DNA of 64,000 nt. Origin: Leucoraja ocellata (lineage: Eukaryota). Within the stretch, counting starts at the first letter, position 1, and each line of letters begins with the position of its first letter. The notes under the pieces were generated by a model, which had not been told where the DNA came from, did no database searches, and was given only the letters and a program-made list of their open reading frames with translations. A program made the translations under genes and the position numbers. The stretch covers positions 1 to 64,000 of the forward strand of contig JAWMAR010001015.1 in NCBI GenBank assembly GCA_036785375.1, written 5' to 3'. Shown one piece after another: positions 36,271-49,094 of the stretch.

Positions 36271-36883
36271 TGGCAGTACATGGGTAGCTTGGGATGTGAT
36301 GTGTGCACATTCTAGGAGAAGCACATTCTGGGAGAAATAGTTGTTGTTGGATCAATGTGTCCAAAACCTTCCACCATTGGGTGTTCTCACACCCACGCCT
36401 GGACCAGTTGAAGACAGAGATTGATTGTGGTCGTTAACTCCATTATCACTGTGCCGTGTGACCGTCAGGGTGACACAAGGTGAACTGATTGGTCCGTGGT
36501 CTTTCCTTGCCCAGCTGTGACAATGTACCTGATGCCAGCTCACACACGGCAAACCAAATCTGGGCAGATCTCCTGCGTCGGGTAGTGCTTGCTTTCTCCC
36601 TCTTTCCCCTCCCCTTCCCAGCTCTCCCACAGCCCACCTGTGTTTAGCTGTTTGGTTTCAGGATAAATATTAGCTCAGGACTCTGAGCAGGGCTTCCGGT
36701 GGCGGCATGCTTTGCTAGCAGTCGCAAATCTTTTAGCTCCGCTGAAAAAAATCGCGATTTTTCGCGTTAAAATCGGGTCTGGAGGTCGGGACCGATTTTA
36801 AAGACTTACCGGAATTTCATGTCGCGGTGCTGATGACGTCATCAGTAAGCGCCGTGGATTTAACGGAGGGAAAGGCATTTTAA

Positions 36884-37915
36884 ATGAAAAATACATCTCC
36901 AGGTCAGAGCCCACAGAGGAAAGTGACAAAACACCTGCTGAAGACTCAGGAACATAAAGAAACTGCAAAACTAACCTCTGGAGTGGATTCTGGAATGGCT
37001 ACACGATCTAAGACTGAGTTGATCACAAAAGAGAAAACTGAAATGGAGGAATTAAAGAACTCGGTAAGAGATTTGAAAAATGATGTGAAAGCTGGAAATT
37101 TAAACTTGATGGAAAACATACAATCCATTAATGCTGGTAATGAAAAAATACTCGCTGGCATTGGTGCTCTGCAAAAAAGAGTTGATGATGTGCAAGAAGA
37201 GCTAACGGGGAAAATTACTAAGGTGGCAGAAGAGTCCACAAAGATGTTTGAGGCTGTGCATGAAACTATTTCGGCAAATGCAATTGCAGTGAAAGATTTG
37301 GAAGCTGTTGTGGAAGAGATGGCTGGAGAAATGGAGGCAATGAAGTTAGAATTAGACAGCCTCAAGAGCCAATTTACAAAAGTATCTGATAAATGTGTTG
37401 AACTAGAAGCTCGCTCAAGACGTCAAAATATACGAATACGTGGAGTGAAAGAGGGAGCTGAGGGGGAAAACGCTCGTGAGTTCACTGCCAATTTAATCAA
37501 ACATGTACTCAATTTACCTGAGGCACCAGTAATTGAAGAAGCACATCGACTACCTAGATTTAAACCAAGATTTCAAGGAGAACAAGCCTACCCACGACAG
37601 ATCATAGTCAAACTTCGGGATATCCCAACAGTGGAAGCGCTGATGAAAAAAATTAAACACGGAGAGAAGATGATGTATGGAAATGATTCTATTAAACTTC
37701 TACGGGACTACCCTTATGAGATTGTGCAAAAGAGAAGAAAGTTCTCACAGACCAGAGAAGCTCTCTACGGTGTCAAGGGCGTCATATGTGGAGTGTTTTA
37801 TCCGGCTAGGATGCGTATCACTTTCAAGGGAATCTCAAAAACATTCACTAACCCGGTAGAATCCCTTAAATACGCTCAAGAAATCGTGGCTAAGGCAGCA
37901 ACAAAAGAAGATTGA
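36884..37915 (+). CDS. L1 ORF1p (coiled coil + RRM + CTD), intact, 343 aa
   Basis: Heptad-rich N-terminal half; ELEARSRRQNIRIRGVKEGAE, IEEAHR, PRQIIVKL, YPARMRI motifs. Confidence 0.9.
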   Translation: MKNTSPGQSPQRKVTKHLLKTQEHKETAKLTSGVDSGMATRSKTELITKEKTEMEELKNSVRDLKNDVKAGNLNLMENIQSINAGNEKILAGIGALQKRVDDVQEELTGKITKVAEESTKMFEAVHETISANAIAVKDLEAVVEEMAGEMEAMKLELDSLKSQFTKVSDKCVELEARSRRQNIRIRGVKEGAEGENAREFTANLIKHVLNLPEAPVIEEAHRLPRFKPRFQGEQAYPRQIIVKLRDIPTVEALMKKIKHGEKMMYGNDSIKLLRDYPYEIVQKRRKFSQTREALYGVKGVICGVFYPARMRITFKGISKTFTNPVESLKYAQEIVAKAATKED

Positions 37916-38844
37916 TCACCAGACGTCATGAACTAATTAATGTGCTTATTCCCCCAACAAGAATATTAGTAGAAAATTGAAAAAAGTGAATAACACCAAG
38001 CTTTAAAAATGATTATTCGCAACAGATTTTCCACGAGACATGTCTAGACATTATAATCTTCTCTCGAATTTAATTCAAGGACATGCGATGCTCAAACCAG
38101 GAAACATTGATAACAGAAGAATGCAGTTCTGCTGAAGCTGAGAGAGACTGAAAAACATCACATGGCTTACATACTCTTACAGACTCTTACAAAGTATAGA
38201 GAATTATTAGTAATTAATAACTAACAATACTAATACATAAACTGATATTGATAAAAATGTGTTATAACGCAGACAACATGGTAATCTCACAGGTTCCGCA
38301 GCTCGAGTGGGGAGGGGAAGAGACTCAGGCACCTGGCTTAATTCCAGGAGCCTGACTCTGTTTAACCCTTTCAACGAACAGCTCACTTTTAACAATACTA
38401 AAACCAATTACAAATAGTTAAGAGATAAAGAGAGAGGAATATATGTAACTGAATACTTGATTAGATTTGATAAGTCGGAATGAAACATATATATATATAT
38501 ATATACTGCAATGGGGTGAAATAGAACTGATTTGGAAACGGTACCTACCCCCTAGGTTATGAGTAATAAAGTCAGTGGGGCTAACCTCATAACAGCTACG
38601 CCGGAAGCAATATTGATGTCGTATCCCACAGACGAGTGGGCCACTCACTACGGTGTCGGAAACCCAGACACCGTACATTTATTCTATATACTTTTTGTTT
38701 TAATCACAATATGTCACATTTATGTGTTTTTTTTTCAAGGACAATCGCGGAGGGGAACTACCAAGAAAGTCTATAATATAAATGCTCCCAAAATAACCAG
38801 AGTCCTGAGGTATGGATGCACCATAGTAAGTAAGGTCATTAAAA

Positions 38845-41800
38845 TTGGTAAAAATGTATGACGACAATCAAAGGAAAATGGGAGGAGTCACACTATGTAG
38901 TTGGAATATAAGGGGTATTAATGAACCTATTAAAAGGGGCAAGATACTAGCTCAGTTGAAAGCATACAACACGGACATTTCGTTCCTACAGGAAACGCAT
39001 CTTAAACATCAAGATCAGACGAGACTGAGGGCTAACTGGATAGGCCAAACATTTCACTCTTCATTCACTTCTAAATCCAGAGGTACTGCAATTATTATTC
39101 GTAAAGGAATTCCATTTAAATCAAAGAATACTATTTCAGATAAGGAAGGGAGATATCTTATAGTAGCAGGAGAGATCAATAATACGCCAATTACGCTGGT
39201 AAATATATATGCGCCCAACTTTGATAACCCTCAATTTTTTAATAAAATTCTGAATATAATTGCAGAATTTAATTATCAAAATGTTATAATTGGAGGAGAC
39301 TTCAACTGTGTTTTAGACCCTTATTTAGATAAATCGATGCAAAAACAAAAAGGTAATATGAAATCTAAAACCAGTGAACTCTTACATACATATATGGAAA
39401 ACACAAATATAGCAGATGTAGGGAGGATTGCAAATCCGACGGGAAGGGACTACTCGTTCTATTCAACGGTGCATAAAACATATTCACGGATAGACTATTT
39501 TCTTGTGGATACAAAATTAATTACACACACTATGAATCCTAAATACCACATTAATGCGATTTCAGATCACTCTCCTTTAACCTTTGTTTTAAAATTAGAA
39601 GGAATGTCTATGAATAAATCGTTCTGGAGGTTTAATTCGCAACTTTTAAAAGACCCACAAGGGAGTATATATCTAAAAAAACAGATGGACTTATTCTTTG
39701 AGATAAATGATACACCAGATATATCCCCCACGCTATTATGGGAATCCTTTAAAGCATTTATTAGAGGAGTCATTATTTCATTTCAAGCTTATCAAAATAA
39801 AAAGAATAAGAAAGAACAAAGACATTTAGAAGAACAAATAAAACAATTAGATACAGATAATGCTAAAGATCCAACTATGGATAAACATAATAAAATCCTA
39901 TTATTGAAATTCAAGCTGAATAAATTATTGTCAGAGAAAGTTATAACATTATTCCAAGTTACAAAACAAGAACACTTTGAATTCGGGGACAAACCACACA
40001 AACTTTTAGCACGCCAATTGAAAAAACGGGAAAAAGAGAATGCAATACTAAAGATTAAATCAGATAGTGGGGAATTATTAACATTACCCAAGGATATCAA
40101 TAAAAGATTTGCTCAATTTTACGAAAATCTATATACATCTAAAACGTCAATAGATAATAATAAAGTTTCAGAATTTCTGGAAAATTGTAACCTCCCAAAA
40201 TTAGAATTGAGGGAACAAGAGGAACTGGGAGCAACAATTACTTCTAAGGAGATAGAAGACACAATAAAAACACTAAAGAACGGCAAAACACCAGGACCAG
40301 ACGGATTCAGTAGTGAATTCTATAAAGCCTTTTACGATATAGTTACCCACGATTACAGAAAATGTATACATACGCTTTTAAAGAGCAAAGCTTACCCGAA
40401 ACTTTAGCAGAATCAACGATCACATTAATACTTAAAAAAGATAAAAACATAGAAGAACCAGGCTCATATAGAGCTATTGCTTTGTTAAATACGGATCAAA
40501 AAATAATAGCGAAAACACTAGCCAGTAGACTAAGCAGGTACGTTAGTAGATTAATAAATGGAGATCAAACAGGATTTATACCTAAGAGACACTCATTCAA
40601 TAATTTGAGACGTTTGCTTAACATAATGCACTCACAAAAATCTCACGACCAAGAGTCATCTATTATCTCACTGGACGCAGAAAAAGCGTTTGATCAAGTA
40701 GAATGGGATTATATGATTAAAGTATTGCAAAAATTCCAATTGGGAGAAAACTTTATCGCATGGATAAAACTATTATATAACAAACCTACGGCTAGAATAT
40801 TAACTAATAATATTTTATCCTCGAAATTTGAACTATCAAGGGGCAATAGACAAGGATGCTCATTATCACCGCTGTTATTTGCTTTGGTAATTGAACCCCT
40901 TGCTGAAAAAATAAGAACACATCCGGATATTTATGGTTATAATACAAAATACTCAAAGAATAAAATATCCCTATATGCCGATGATGTACTACTGTACATC
41001 ACAAAACCACAAATTAGTATACCAAACATATTAAATTTAATTGAAGACTTTGGATCCTTTTCGGGATATAGAATAAATTGGAACAAAAGTGAAATTATGT
41101 CGATAAAACCAAAAGACTCAACACATCTTCGGAAATTTCCCTTTAAAATAGCTACAGAAAAATTCAAATATTTGGGAATTGAAATTATTAGAAATTACCA
41201 GGATATGTTTAAAGCCAATTATAATCCCTTACTCAAGAAATTGAATAATCTGATTAAATTCTGGAAAACACTTCCGATGTCCTTAATAGGCAGAATAAAT
41301 GCTATTAAAATGATTTTCTTACCACAAATTCTATACCTATTTCAATCAATACCTATATATCTCCCAAAAAAGTTTTTCAAAAAATTGGACTCAGACATTA
41401 CAAATTTTATATGGGATTATAAATCCCATAGAATACAAATAGCACACCTTAATAAACGAAAAGAGCTGGGGGGTCTAGCGCTCCCTAATTTTATGTATTA
41501 TAATTGGGCAGTAAATATTAAAAATATGATTCACCTGCTGGACAATTCTGCACAGCAGGCGGACTGGATGGTAATGGAAAAAGGGGACTGCTCCCCGAGT
41601 AATATAGGAGCGACCATCCTCTCACCAATAAATTTGAATAATAAAAATTATAATAAAAATCCAATTATACATAACACAATAAGAACATGGAAACAAATAA
41701 AACAGAATTTAAAATTAAGAAACCTATCTCTTTTAATACCAATAGTCAATAATCCATTGTTTAAACCATCAATCATAGACAAATCATTTATACAATGGGA

Positions 41801-43409
41801 AAGAATGGGAATCAAAACGCTCGAAGATCTGTATGAATTGGGGAATTTACTATCATTTCAACAACTACAACTGAAATATAATTTGAAAAATAACCAATAT
41901 TTTAAATATCTTCAAATTTGTGATTATCTGAAAAAACACACAAAAGACTATCATAATATGCCTTCCGACTTATTGGATGAAGCAATGAAGACCAAGGCGG
42001 AATCAGCTAATTTAATATCGTACCTATATAATATCATTTTAAACATAGAAATACCCACAACAGATGGAATTAGAAAAGATTGGGAACAAGAATTAGCTAT
42101 AAAAATCTCAAAAGAGACCTGGGATAATCATTTACTACAGGTACATGGTAAATGGTAGGGAATTGAAGAATACAGTTGAACAGAGGGATCTGGGTATAAC
42201 CGTGCATAGTTCCTTGAAGGTGGAATCTCATATAGATAGGGTGGTAAAGAAAGCTTTTGGTATGCTAGCCTTTATAAATCAGAGCATTGAGTATAGAAGC
42301 TGGGATGTAATGTTAAAATTGTACAAGGCATTGGTGAGACCAAATCTGGAGTATGGGGTACAATTTTGGTCGCCAAATTATAGGAAGGATGTCAACAAAA
42401 TAGAGAGAGTACAGAGGAGATTTACTAGAATATTGCCTGGGTTTCAACAACTAAGTTACAGAGATAGGTTGAATAAGTTAGGTCTTTATTCTCTGGAGCG
42501 CAGAAGGTTAAGGGGGGACCTGATAGAGGTCTTTAAAATGATGAGAGGGATAGACAGAGTTGATGTGGACAAGCTTTTCCCTTTGAGAATAGGGAAGATT
42601 CAAACAAGAGGACATGACTTCAGAATTAAGGGACAGAGGTTTAGGGGTAATATGAGGGGGAACTTCTTTACGCAGAGAGTGGTGGCGGTGTGGAATGAGC
42701 TCCCAGTGGAAGTGGTGGAGGCAGGTTCATTGGTATCATTTAAAAATAAATTGGATAGGCATATGGATGAGAAGGGAATGGAGCGTTATGGTACGAGTGC
42801 AGGCAGGTGGGACTAAGGGGAAAAAAATTTGTTCGGCATGGACTTGTAGGGCCGAGATGGCCTGTTTCCGTGCTGTAATTGTTATATGGTTATATGGTTA
42901 TATAGGTGCATAAATGTTCGATCAACGTACGACATACGCTCATCCAATTTAAAACATTACATAGATTATATTATTCAAAAACTAAATTAAATAAAATCTT
43001 CCCTAATGTTTCACCAATCTGTGATAAATGCCTGTGTCAAGAAGCTACCATAGCGCACTCTTTTGTTTTTTGTACAAAAATCCAAAAATTCTGGTATGAA
43101 ATATTTGATATTTTTTCAAAATTGATCAAAATAAAACTGGTACCAAAACCAGAATGGATTATCTTCGGAATATCGGAAGGTAACCCTGAATTAAACGTGT
43201 TTCAGAAGAATTTATTTAATTACGGGCTAATAATGGGAAAAAAGCTTATACTTAAATTCTGGAAAAATGCGTCGACACCAACAATAAAAATGTGGATATC
43301 AAATATGTTTGAAACATTACATCTGGAAGAGATGAGATTCCTCCTAGCAGGTAAAGCAGACCAATTCCAAAAGACGTGGTCTATGTTTCTGGACCTATTA
43401 CAAGTATGA
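38845..43409 (+). pseudogene. L1 ORF2 (APE endonuclease-RT-CCHC), disrupted
   Basis: SWNIRG, FLQETH, GGDFN, SDH, KTPGPDG, DAEKAFD, RQGCSLSP, YADD, YLG and C-x2-C...H...C motifs. A 1-nt frameshift near 40346-40348 and a CR1 insertion at 42143-42903 interrupt it. Confidence 0.92.
42143..42903 (+). mobile_element. CR1-like 3' fragment nested in L1 ORF2
   Basis: ORF 42145-42816; (ttatatgg)n tail; AGGT duplicated at the flanks. L1 reads LLQV|HKCS across the insertion. Confidence 0.9.
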
Positions 43410-44079
43410 GGTGCAATAGTAATTTAAAAAAAAAACAAATATATAAATAAGTGGTATCAGGACCTGGTAACGGGAGGTAAAACAACAAAAACAGACTTGG
43501 TTGGTAGTCCCCTTTCTGCGGAGTTTAATGTTATAATAGAGCGATTGTTTCTATTTACTCTTTCTTTCTTTTCTAGGGTCTATTTTCTCAATTTACTTCC
43601 TTCTCTAACTTCTTTCCTAAGGAGCTTTCTTTTCCCAACACTCTTGCACTTCACGAATCTCTTGCACTTTCTTTACTTTCCTTACTTCTACCTTTTTCTT
43701 AAAGCTCAAAAAAAAAATGAAGCGGTACAAAAAATGTATTAAGATATATGTGTTGTGTAGGATTGTAATTTACCGTACTTCTAATAAAAAAAAAATAAAT
43801 AAAAAAAAAAAAAATAAAAGGACTCTGAGCAGAACTCTTGTGGTCATGTTGTGGCATTGCTGACATATACCTGAGAAGCACCTCCTTAAAGCCTCATCCC
43901 AAAGACAGCAGCTTTCATGAGGTGACATTGCTCACCACTGAGCCACACATGACATCTGTGTCCAACAAGGGGGATGGTTGTTTGAGGAGTCTCTGTCCTC
44001 AGTGGGTGTGCACGGATGATGTTGAATAAAAGAGACAACTCATCATTGGTAACTCTTCTATTCCAATGTTACAATTAAG

Positions 44080-44830
44080 CATCTGCCTGTCGGTGCTTAA
44101 AGTAAATCTGTCCTTGAATTTGCTGCTATGTGCTTTCAAGCTTCTTGTATCTTCTGGAGAGGGGAGTAGAGACAATGACTGGGATGTGAAGGTTCCTTGA
44201 TGATGTTGGCTGCTTTCCTGAGGCAGCGTGAAGTGTCGATGGTGGAAGGTCTATGGTGGGGGATGCAATGCCTAATGTGTGGGCTGAGGGATGTTTGGTT
44301 TGGTTTAGTTTATTGTCACGTAGACTGAGGTACAGTGAAAATGCTTTTTGTTGCGTGCTAACCAGTCACAGAAAGACTATATAATTACAATCAAGCCATC
44401 CACAGTCTACAGATACATGATAAATGGAAGAATGTTTTGTGCAAGGTAATGTCCGATTAAACATAGTGCGAGGGTCTCCAGTGCGGTAGATGATATCTCA
44501 GGATTGCGATCTAGTTGGTGAGGGGATGGTTCAGTTGTTTGATAGCAGCTGGGAAGAAACTGTCCCTGAATCTGGAGGTGTGTGTTTTCACACTTCAATA
44601 CCTATTTTCCTGATGGGAGAGGGGAGAAGAGAGAGTGGCCAGGGTGCAACAGGTCCTTGATTATGCTGCTGGCCTTGCCGAGGCAGCATGAGATGTAAAT
44701 GGAGTCAGTGGAAGGGAGGTTGGTTTGTGTGATGATCTGGGCTGCAACCACAATTCGCTGCCATTTCATGGATGGAGCTGTTTCCAAACCATGCTGTGAT
44801 GCATCCTGATAAAATGCTTTCTATGGTGCA
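44080..44830 (-). mobile_element. Degenerate Rex1-like LINE 3' fragments
   Basis: KASSIIKDLLHPGHSLFSPLPSG on the minus strand; (aaact)n-type tail. Confidence 0.65.
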
Positions 44831-44883
44831 CTAAAATTAAATACCAATAAAGAATTGAACAGCATGTATTTTTATTTGTGTTA

Positions 44884-47636
44884 AACCCCTGTCCCATGGT
44901 GCGAGTCCACCCACGAGTGATCCCGAGTTAAAAACAAATCAAACTCGTGGTAATCACGTAGAATTAATGTAGCGGGAACGTGGGAACTCGTGGACGTAAC
45001 TTAGCGACTCGTAACGCTAACGGCAGGTACTCGGGAAACTTGTTAACTCGTGAAAAATGTTCAACATTTTGAAAGATTTCCATGAGTCAAATTTACTCTT
45101 GAAGGAAAAATGTGAAACTTTTAAACTCCTTGTAATACCGTAGTAGCCCGTGAGTTTACTGTAGTGACTCGTGAGTAACTCGTGGGTTTGGCCTGAGTGC
45201 CAAAAGTGAAATGTTGAAGATTAGTCAGATCTTAATGGAACATTTTACAGTGATCTAATAATTCACTGTTAAGGAGCAAAAAGCACTCACCGGTGATCTG
45301 AGAAACAGTGGTAAAAAGAATGAACCACACAGTGTTGGGAAAGCTGCATTGTGAGAGTGAATTAGTTCCCTTCAGAACTTTACCTTTTCACATTGAAACG
45401 GTGCCATGAATCCCTGTTGGGTTAATGCACTTTTTATGGAGAAGCAGATATATGGGACAGGTGTCCGATCTCAGGATTTATATCCGACACTTTAACATCA
45501 GTTATTGAAGACTGATGCGTTATACAGGGGATTTTTGTCAGGCATCACTTTCCACCCAGTCTGTCCACGTTAGGGAACAATTGCTCAAAACAATGTTGTA
45601 AATGGGATTTTATTTTATAATTTTATAAATGGGAATTTTATAAATGTCAAAATTATAAATGGGGAGGAACTGCAGATGCAGGTTTAAAATCGAAGAAGGG
45701 TCTCGACCCGAAACATCACCTATTCCTTCTCTCCAGAGATGCCGTCTGTCGTGCTTAGTTACTCTAGCTTCTTGATAAATGAATCTTTGGAAGCTCCTTC
45801 ATGGCATGTTGTTATTCAGAGTTTTAACTGTATTTGTACTAACCCGTGCAATATGCTTGCAAAAGATAGGAAGCATTCAGTGGGGAAGTTCACAAAATAA
45901 GTTCAAGTAGGAACTGCAGATGATGGAAAATCAAAGGTAGACAAAAGCGCTGGAGAAACTCAGTGGGTGCAGCAGCATCTATGGAGTGAAGGAAATAGGC
46001 AACGTTTCGGGCTGAAACACTTCTTCAGTCTGAAAAAGGGATTTGGCCTGAAACGTTGCCTATTTCCTTCGCTCCATAGATGCTGCCGCACCCGCAAATA
46101 AGTTCACAAGCTGCATTGGTAATTAAGACCAGAGTTATTTTTGTGTGTTATGTAAAATAAATTAATTTCTGGTTCTTTACATCACAAGTATTCTACTAAA
46201 AAGTTACCCACAGCTTTATGTTGTAAATGGGGTGGTTTCAGTCCAACAAAAACACATAACATAAGTCCTTAATGACCTTTCTTAGAAACACAGCAAGAGA
46301 ACGTGAGCTGTAGATGGGATATGACTCGAATTTTTAACTAACCCCTGTTTTTGTATATTCATATTTTTCCAATAAATGATGGTGTCTACACTGGATGATA
46401 GTCTACCGTACAATATAGGAAAACATTCTCATATTTACAATTAAGGTCCAATTGTATTTGGGTTTTAAATAAAAAATCAGTTTACCTGAGTGTAAATTGC
46501 AACTTGGGCCAGGCGCTGGGAAACTCTGGGATGCCACTGCTGAAGAGCACATCTGAGCTTTGTGTTTCATTCAGCGGTTCGCTGGCGGGCTTGGGTGACT
46601 GTAGAGCTCTGAAAATGTTACTTCCCAGGGCTGGGGTGAGTGTGAAAGGGGTGGTTTCTGAGCAGATCTGCCCAATCAGCAATGTTGTGAGCCGCTGCTT
46701 TTTATACAGTTTAAGTCACAATGGTGGGATCCCTGTTCTGACGGACATACTGGGTGAGTAGAGAGACACACACTGCTATCCGTCTGGTCTACGGACCTTG
46801 CTGTTGGGAGAAAAAATAACGTTAAAGTTCAATTTACCTACTCTTTTTGTTAGAAGTTTACCAACGTTTTGATGAGAGATAAATTAAGGGAATAAAATAA
46901 TCTTACTAGACACAAAAATCTGCAGTAACTCAGCCAAGCCGGCAGCATCTGTGGAGAGAAGGATCGAAAGGTTTTTTCAGTCTGAAGAAGGGACTCGACC
47001 AGAAACGTCACCCATTCCTTCTCTCCAGAAATGCTGCATGTCCCGCTGAGTTACTCCAGCTTTTTGTATCTATCTTCAGTGTAAACCAGCATCTGCAGTT
47101 CCTCCCGACACAAAACAGCCTCTGCCTTTCAATGACAAATGCTGTTCAAGTGGACTTTTGAAAGCAATTTTGGAAGGATTGTTTCTTGAAACAAACTGCT
47201 CTAAAAGTTTGAAGGAAGGAATTGCAGATACCAGTTTAAACCAAAGATAGACACAAAATGATGGACTAACTCAACTGGTCAGGCAGCATCTGTGGAGAAA
47301 AGAAATAGGTGATGTTTCGGGTCGAGATCGTTCTTCAGGCTGGGTCTTTTTATAGTGAAAAAAAACTGCATGACATCATTTTTACCATGTGATGATTTTT
47401 CCACATGTCGGTAGTCGTTGTTGGCTCAAGAGTAACTCTGGAGAGGAGCTTGGTAACTCAGGAAAGTAACTTGGTACATCGCAGAAATGAGAAGTAAATG
47501 GCAAACTTAGACATACACGTGGGAACGCGTTTAAACTCGTGAAAATAAACTTGGAATCTCGTAGACAACCACGAGTTTGATTTTTTCTTTCACTCGGGAT
47601 CACTCGTAGGTGGACTCACACCGTGAGACAGGGCCA
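44884..47636. mobile_element. Harbinger-like non-autonomous DNA transposon with long TIRs (about 2.75 kb)
   Basis: More than 60 bp of imperfect inverted repeat (ccctgtcccatggtgcgagtccacccacgagtgatcccgagt.. vs ..actcgggatcactcgtaggtggactcacaccgtgagacaggg); TTA on both flanks. Confidence 0.8.
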
Positions 47637-47908
47637 TTAGTGTTAATGTATTTGTATAAGTGTTGTGGAAAATGTATTGTGTTCAATTATAAGAAATTAG
47701 AGTGTGCGCATAATTTCAAGGGTCAAACTATGTATAAATGCTGAATGGAATTTCAGAGCAGCAGGTAAGTGGGACTGTGCTGCTCTCCTTATGCACACGT
47801 CAATAAAGTGAGTCTGGAAAATGAATGCAAGTCGTCAGAGTCCAGTTGATCGGTGATGACAACACCAGACCTTGTCCGGTTTGTAAGCTTCCTATTTCTC
47901 ATCTGCAG

Positions 47909-48211
47909 AATTGTCTGTCTTTATCCAAAACCCCTCCACTGAAGAGATTTGGATCAACAAGACCGCTACTGTGGTGTGCGTGGTAATGGGCGCTGATCTG
48001 AGCCAGGTCCAAGTCTACTGGCAAGTGAGCGGAAGGGAGAGAACTACAGGGGCTGTGACCCACCAACCGAGAGTGGAAAGGACCCAAGACAGAGTGAGCA
48101 GTAAACTCCGGAGCAGTGTGGAGGAGTGGACCAGCGGGGTGGAGGTTGTGTGCTCTGCCCAACGATCTCCATCATCCTCACCAGTGTCAGCACGGACAGA
48201 AAGTGCCAAAG
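47909..48211 (+). CDS. IgW: Extra CH3-like Ig C exon, copy A (open frame, donor +1 G>T)
   Basis: ctgcAG acceptor, 303 nt, ELSVFIQNPSTEEIWINKTATVVC..; ends AAAG|TTGGGC where copies B and C have AAAG|GTGGGC. Confidence 0.8.
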
Positions 48212-48257
48212 TTGGGCGAGATATCGGCAATGATACGGCCAACATTAGTTACCATGA

Positions 48258-48606
48258 AGGGCCTTTCCCACTTACGCAACTTTTTCGGTGACGGCCGGCA
48301 CCCGTCATAGGTCATTGTAGGTCGCCAAAAAGTTTCAACATTTTGAAAATTCAGTGGCAACCTGAAAGACTTTACGACTCTTTGGGCGACTGAGGAGGCT
48401 ACTCACGCCCATGCAGGCGACAACCTGGTGACATGTCGCGGGGTGAAGCCAGTATGGTCGTGAGTAGTCATACCTTGAGTCAAATAGTCATACCTTGTGC
48501 TGGTCACCGCTGGATTTTCAACATGTTTACATTTTTCGGCGACCTGTAACGAGCTATCACGGGTGCCGGCAGTCGCCAAAAAAGTTGTGTAAGTGGGACA
48601 GGCCCT
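48258..48606. mobile_element. Harbinger-type MITE, copy A
   Basis: TIRs agggcctttcccacttac / gtaagtgggacaggccct; TGA TSD. Confidence 0.85.
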
Positions 48607-48648
48607 TGAGGAAGAGGGTTTCACATCTACTTTGCTCCTCTGTTCCAG

Positions 48649-48966
48649 TTGAAACAAAAAGACCCAAGGTCAGACTGCTGCCTCCAGCTCACCAAGAGAC
48701 CAAGCGCAGCCACACAGCCATCCTCGAGTGTGTGCTCTCTGGTTTCTACCCGGACCTCATAAACGTCACTTGGGAGAAAGACGGAGCCCCAGTCTCCTCC
48801 ACCACCAGTGCTACACCGACTGCTCTGGAGCAGGGGGGGACTTTCAGTGCCAGCCACTTCCTGAATGTGAGTTCAGATGATTGGAAGAAAGGCTCAGTCT
48901 TCGGCTGTATAGTGTCTCATCCCCCCTCGAACACCAGTATCAGCCGGGAAGTGAAAAGCTTTCAAG
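48649..48966 (+). CDS. IgW: Extra CH4-like Ig C exon, copy A
   Basis: ttccAG acceptor, CAAG|GTACGG donor, 318 nt; VETKRPKVRLLPP..LECVLSGFYPD..FGC. Confidence 0.9.
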
Positions 48967-49094
48967 GTACGGTGCTGGGATTCACTCTAATCATCAGATC
49001 TTTTACCCCGTCACAAAATAGGGTCCAGACAAGTTTAGCACTGAAGGACAGGTGTTGCAGTGTGTGAGTGAGGGATGACCACAAAGCCTAGACT

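Larger units (their letters stand above)
36691..43818 (+). mobile_element. Full-length L1-clade LINE
   Basis: CpG-rich 5' UTR, ORF1, ORF2, AATAAA and poly(A) tail; perfect 14-bp TSD AGGACTCTGAGCAG at 36677-36690 and 43819-43832. Confidence 0.95.

Noticed and set aside
36884-37915. 343-aa coiled-coil ORF as a host gene (L1TD1-like)
   Set aside because: It is ORF1 of a TSD-flanked full-length L1.
36000-47900. A second V-D-J cluster serving the downstream C exons
   Set aside because: No leader, V, RSS, WGxG J or CH1 found; the interval is almost entirely L1 and TIR-element sequence.
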